Source: the human T2T-CHM13v2.0 reference genome, Homo sapiens
Assembly (NCBI RefSeq): GCF_009914755.1
Contig: NC_060947.1
Strand: one strand, 5' to 3'
Length of the DNA stretch: 64,000 bases
A model generated the notes under the pieces. That model saw nothing but the letters and a program-made list of their open reading frames with translations. It did not search any database and was not told where the DNA came from. A program made the translations under genes and the position numbers. Of the stretch, positions 63,517-64,000 are shown one piece after another. Numbering within the stretch: the first letter of the stretch is position 1; each line of letters opens with the position of its first letter.

Positions 63517-64000
63517 CTTGTTCTGTCCCCTGGAGAACCATGACTAATATGGCTTCCAAGGGTTCTCCCCTCATGGTATTTGTGCTCATGTGTAGTGCCA
63601 CATTGAATCAGGGCTGGTCTGTGTGACCAGTGGAATATGGCGGAGATGAGGGTATATGACTTCGTAGTCTAACACACAAAGGGTATTGTGCCTACTGCCT
63701 TGCTCTCTTAGATTTCTTACTCTTAGGGAAGCCAACCACTATGTCATGAGGACACTTAAGCAGCCCTGTGAAGAGAATCACATAGGAAAGGAATTGAGGC
63801 CTCCTACCAGCCAGCACCAACTTATAAGCCATGTGAGTGCATTATCTTGAAAGTAGATCCACCAGCCCCAGTCAAGTCTTTAGATGACTATAGGCCCCGC
63901 TGACATCTGACAATCTCTGACATCTGGCTTGAGATCACAAGCCAGAACCAGCCCAATCAAACTGTTCCCCAATTCCTGACCTACAGAAAATGTGAGAGAG
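62713..64000 (+). mobile_element. MLT1F-like LTR, split by MLT2 and running off the window end
   Basis: tgtggtagccagcctccaagattgcccc joined to ...cagggctggtctgtgtgacc..gaggcctcctaccagccagcacc. Confidence 0.7.
62741..63550 (+). mobile_element. MLT2A/B LTR with internal (TA)n/(TG)n expansion at ~63246-63510
   Basis: gtgatggttaatattaggtgtcaactggactggattgagg..ttctgtcccctggagaaccatgactaata. Confidence 0.85.

Overview
This is primate (human or other ape) genomic DNA, intergenic or deep intronic, made up mostly of transposable elements. I see no host protein-coding exon, RNA gene, CRISPR array or prokaryotic system. The two main features are L1 elements. A near full-length L1PA3 (- strand, ~3733-9888) has an intact ORF1 and a broken ORF2, sits inside a MIR, and carries a ~59-bp 3' transduction. 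A near full-length L1PA8 (+ strand, ~52772-58574) sits inside an Alu monomer and lacks ~670 bp of ORF2. The rest is about 12 Alu/FLAM copies, many solo LTRs (MER52, LTR22, LTR8/26-like, MER21, THE1, MST, MLT1/2, LTR16), old L1M/L2/MIR fragments, DNA-transposon MITEs and microsatellites. The most notable observations are the L1 3' transduction, an ORF0 frame extended to 161 aa into the flank, a 105-bp identical tract shared by two Alus 11 kb apart (likely gene conversion), an unexplained 23-bp perfect direct repeat, and a probable twin-primed old L1. Subfamily calls come from remembered consensus diagnostics and should be confirmed with RepeatMasker/Dfam.
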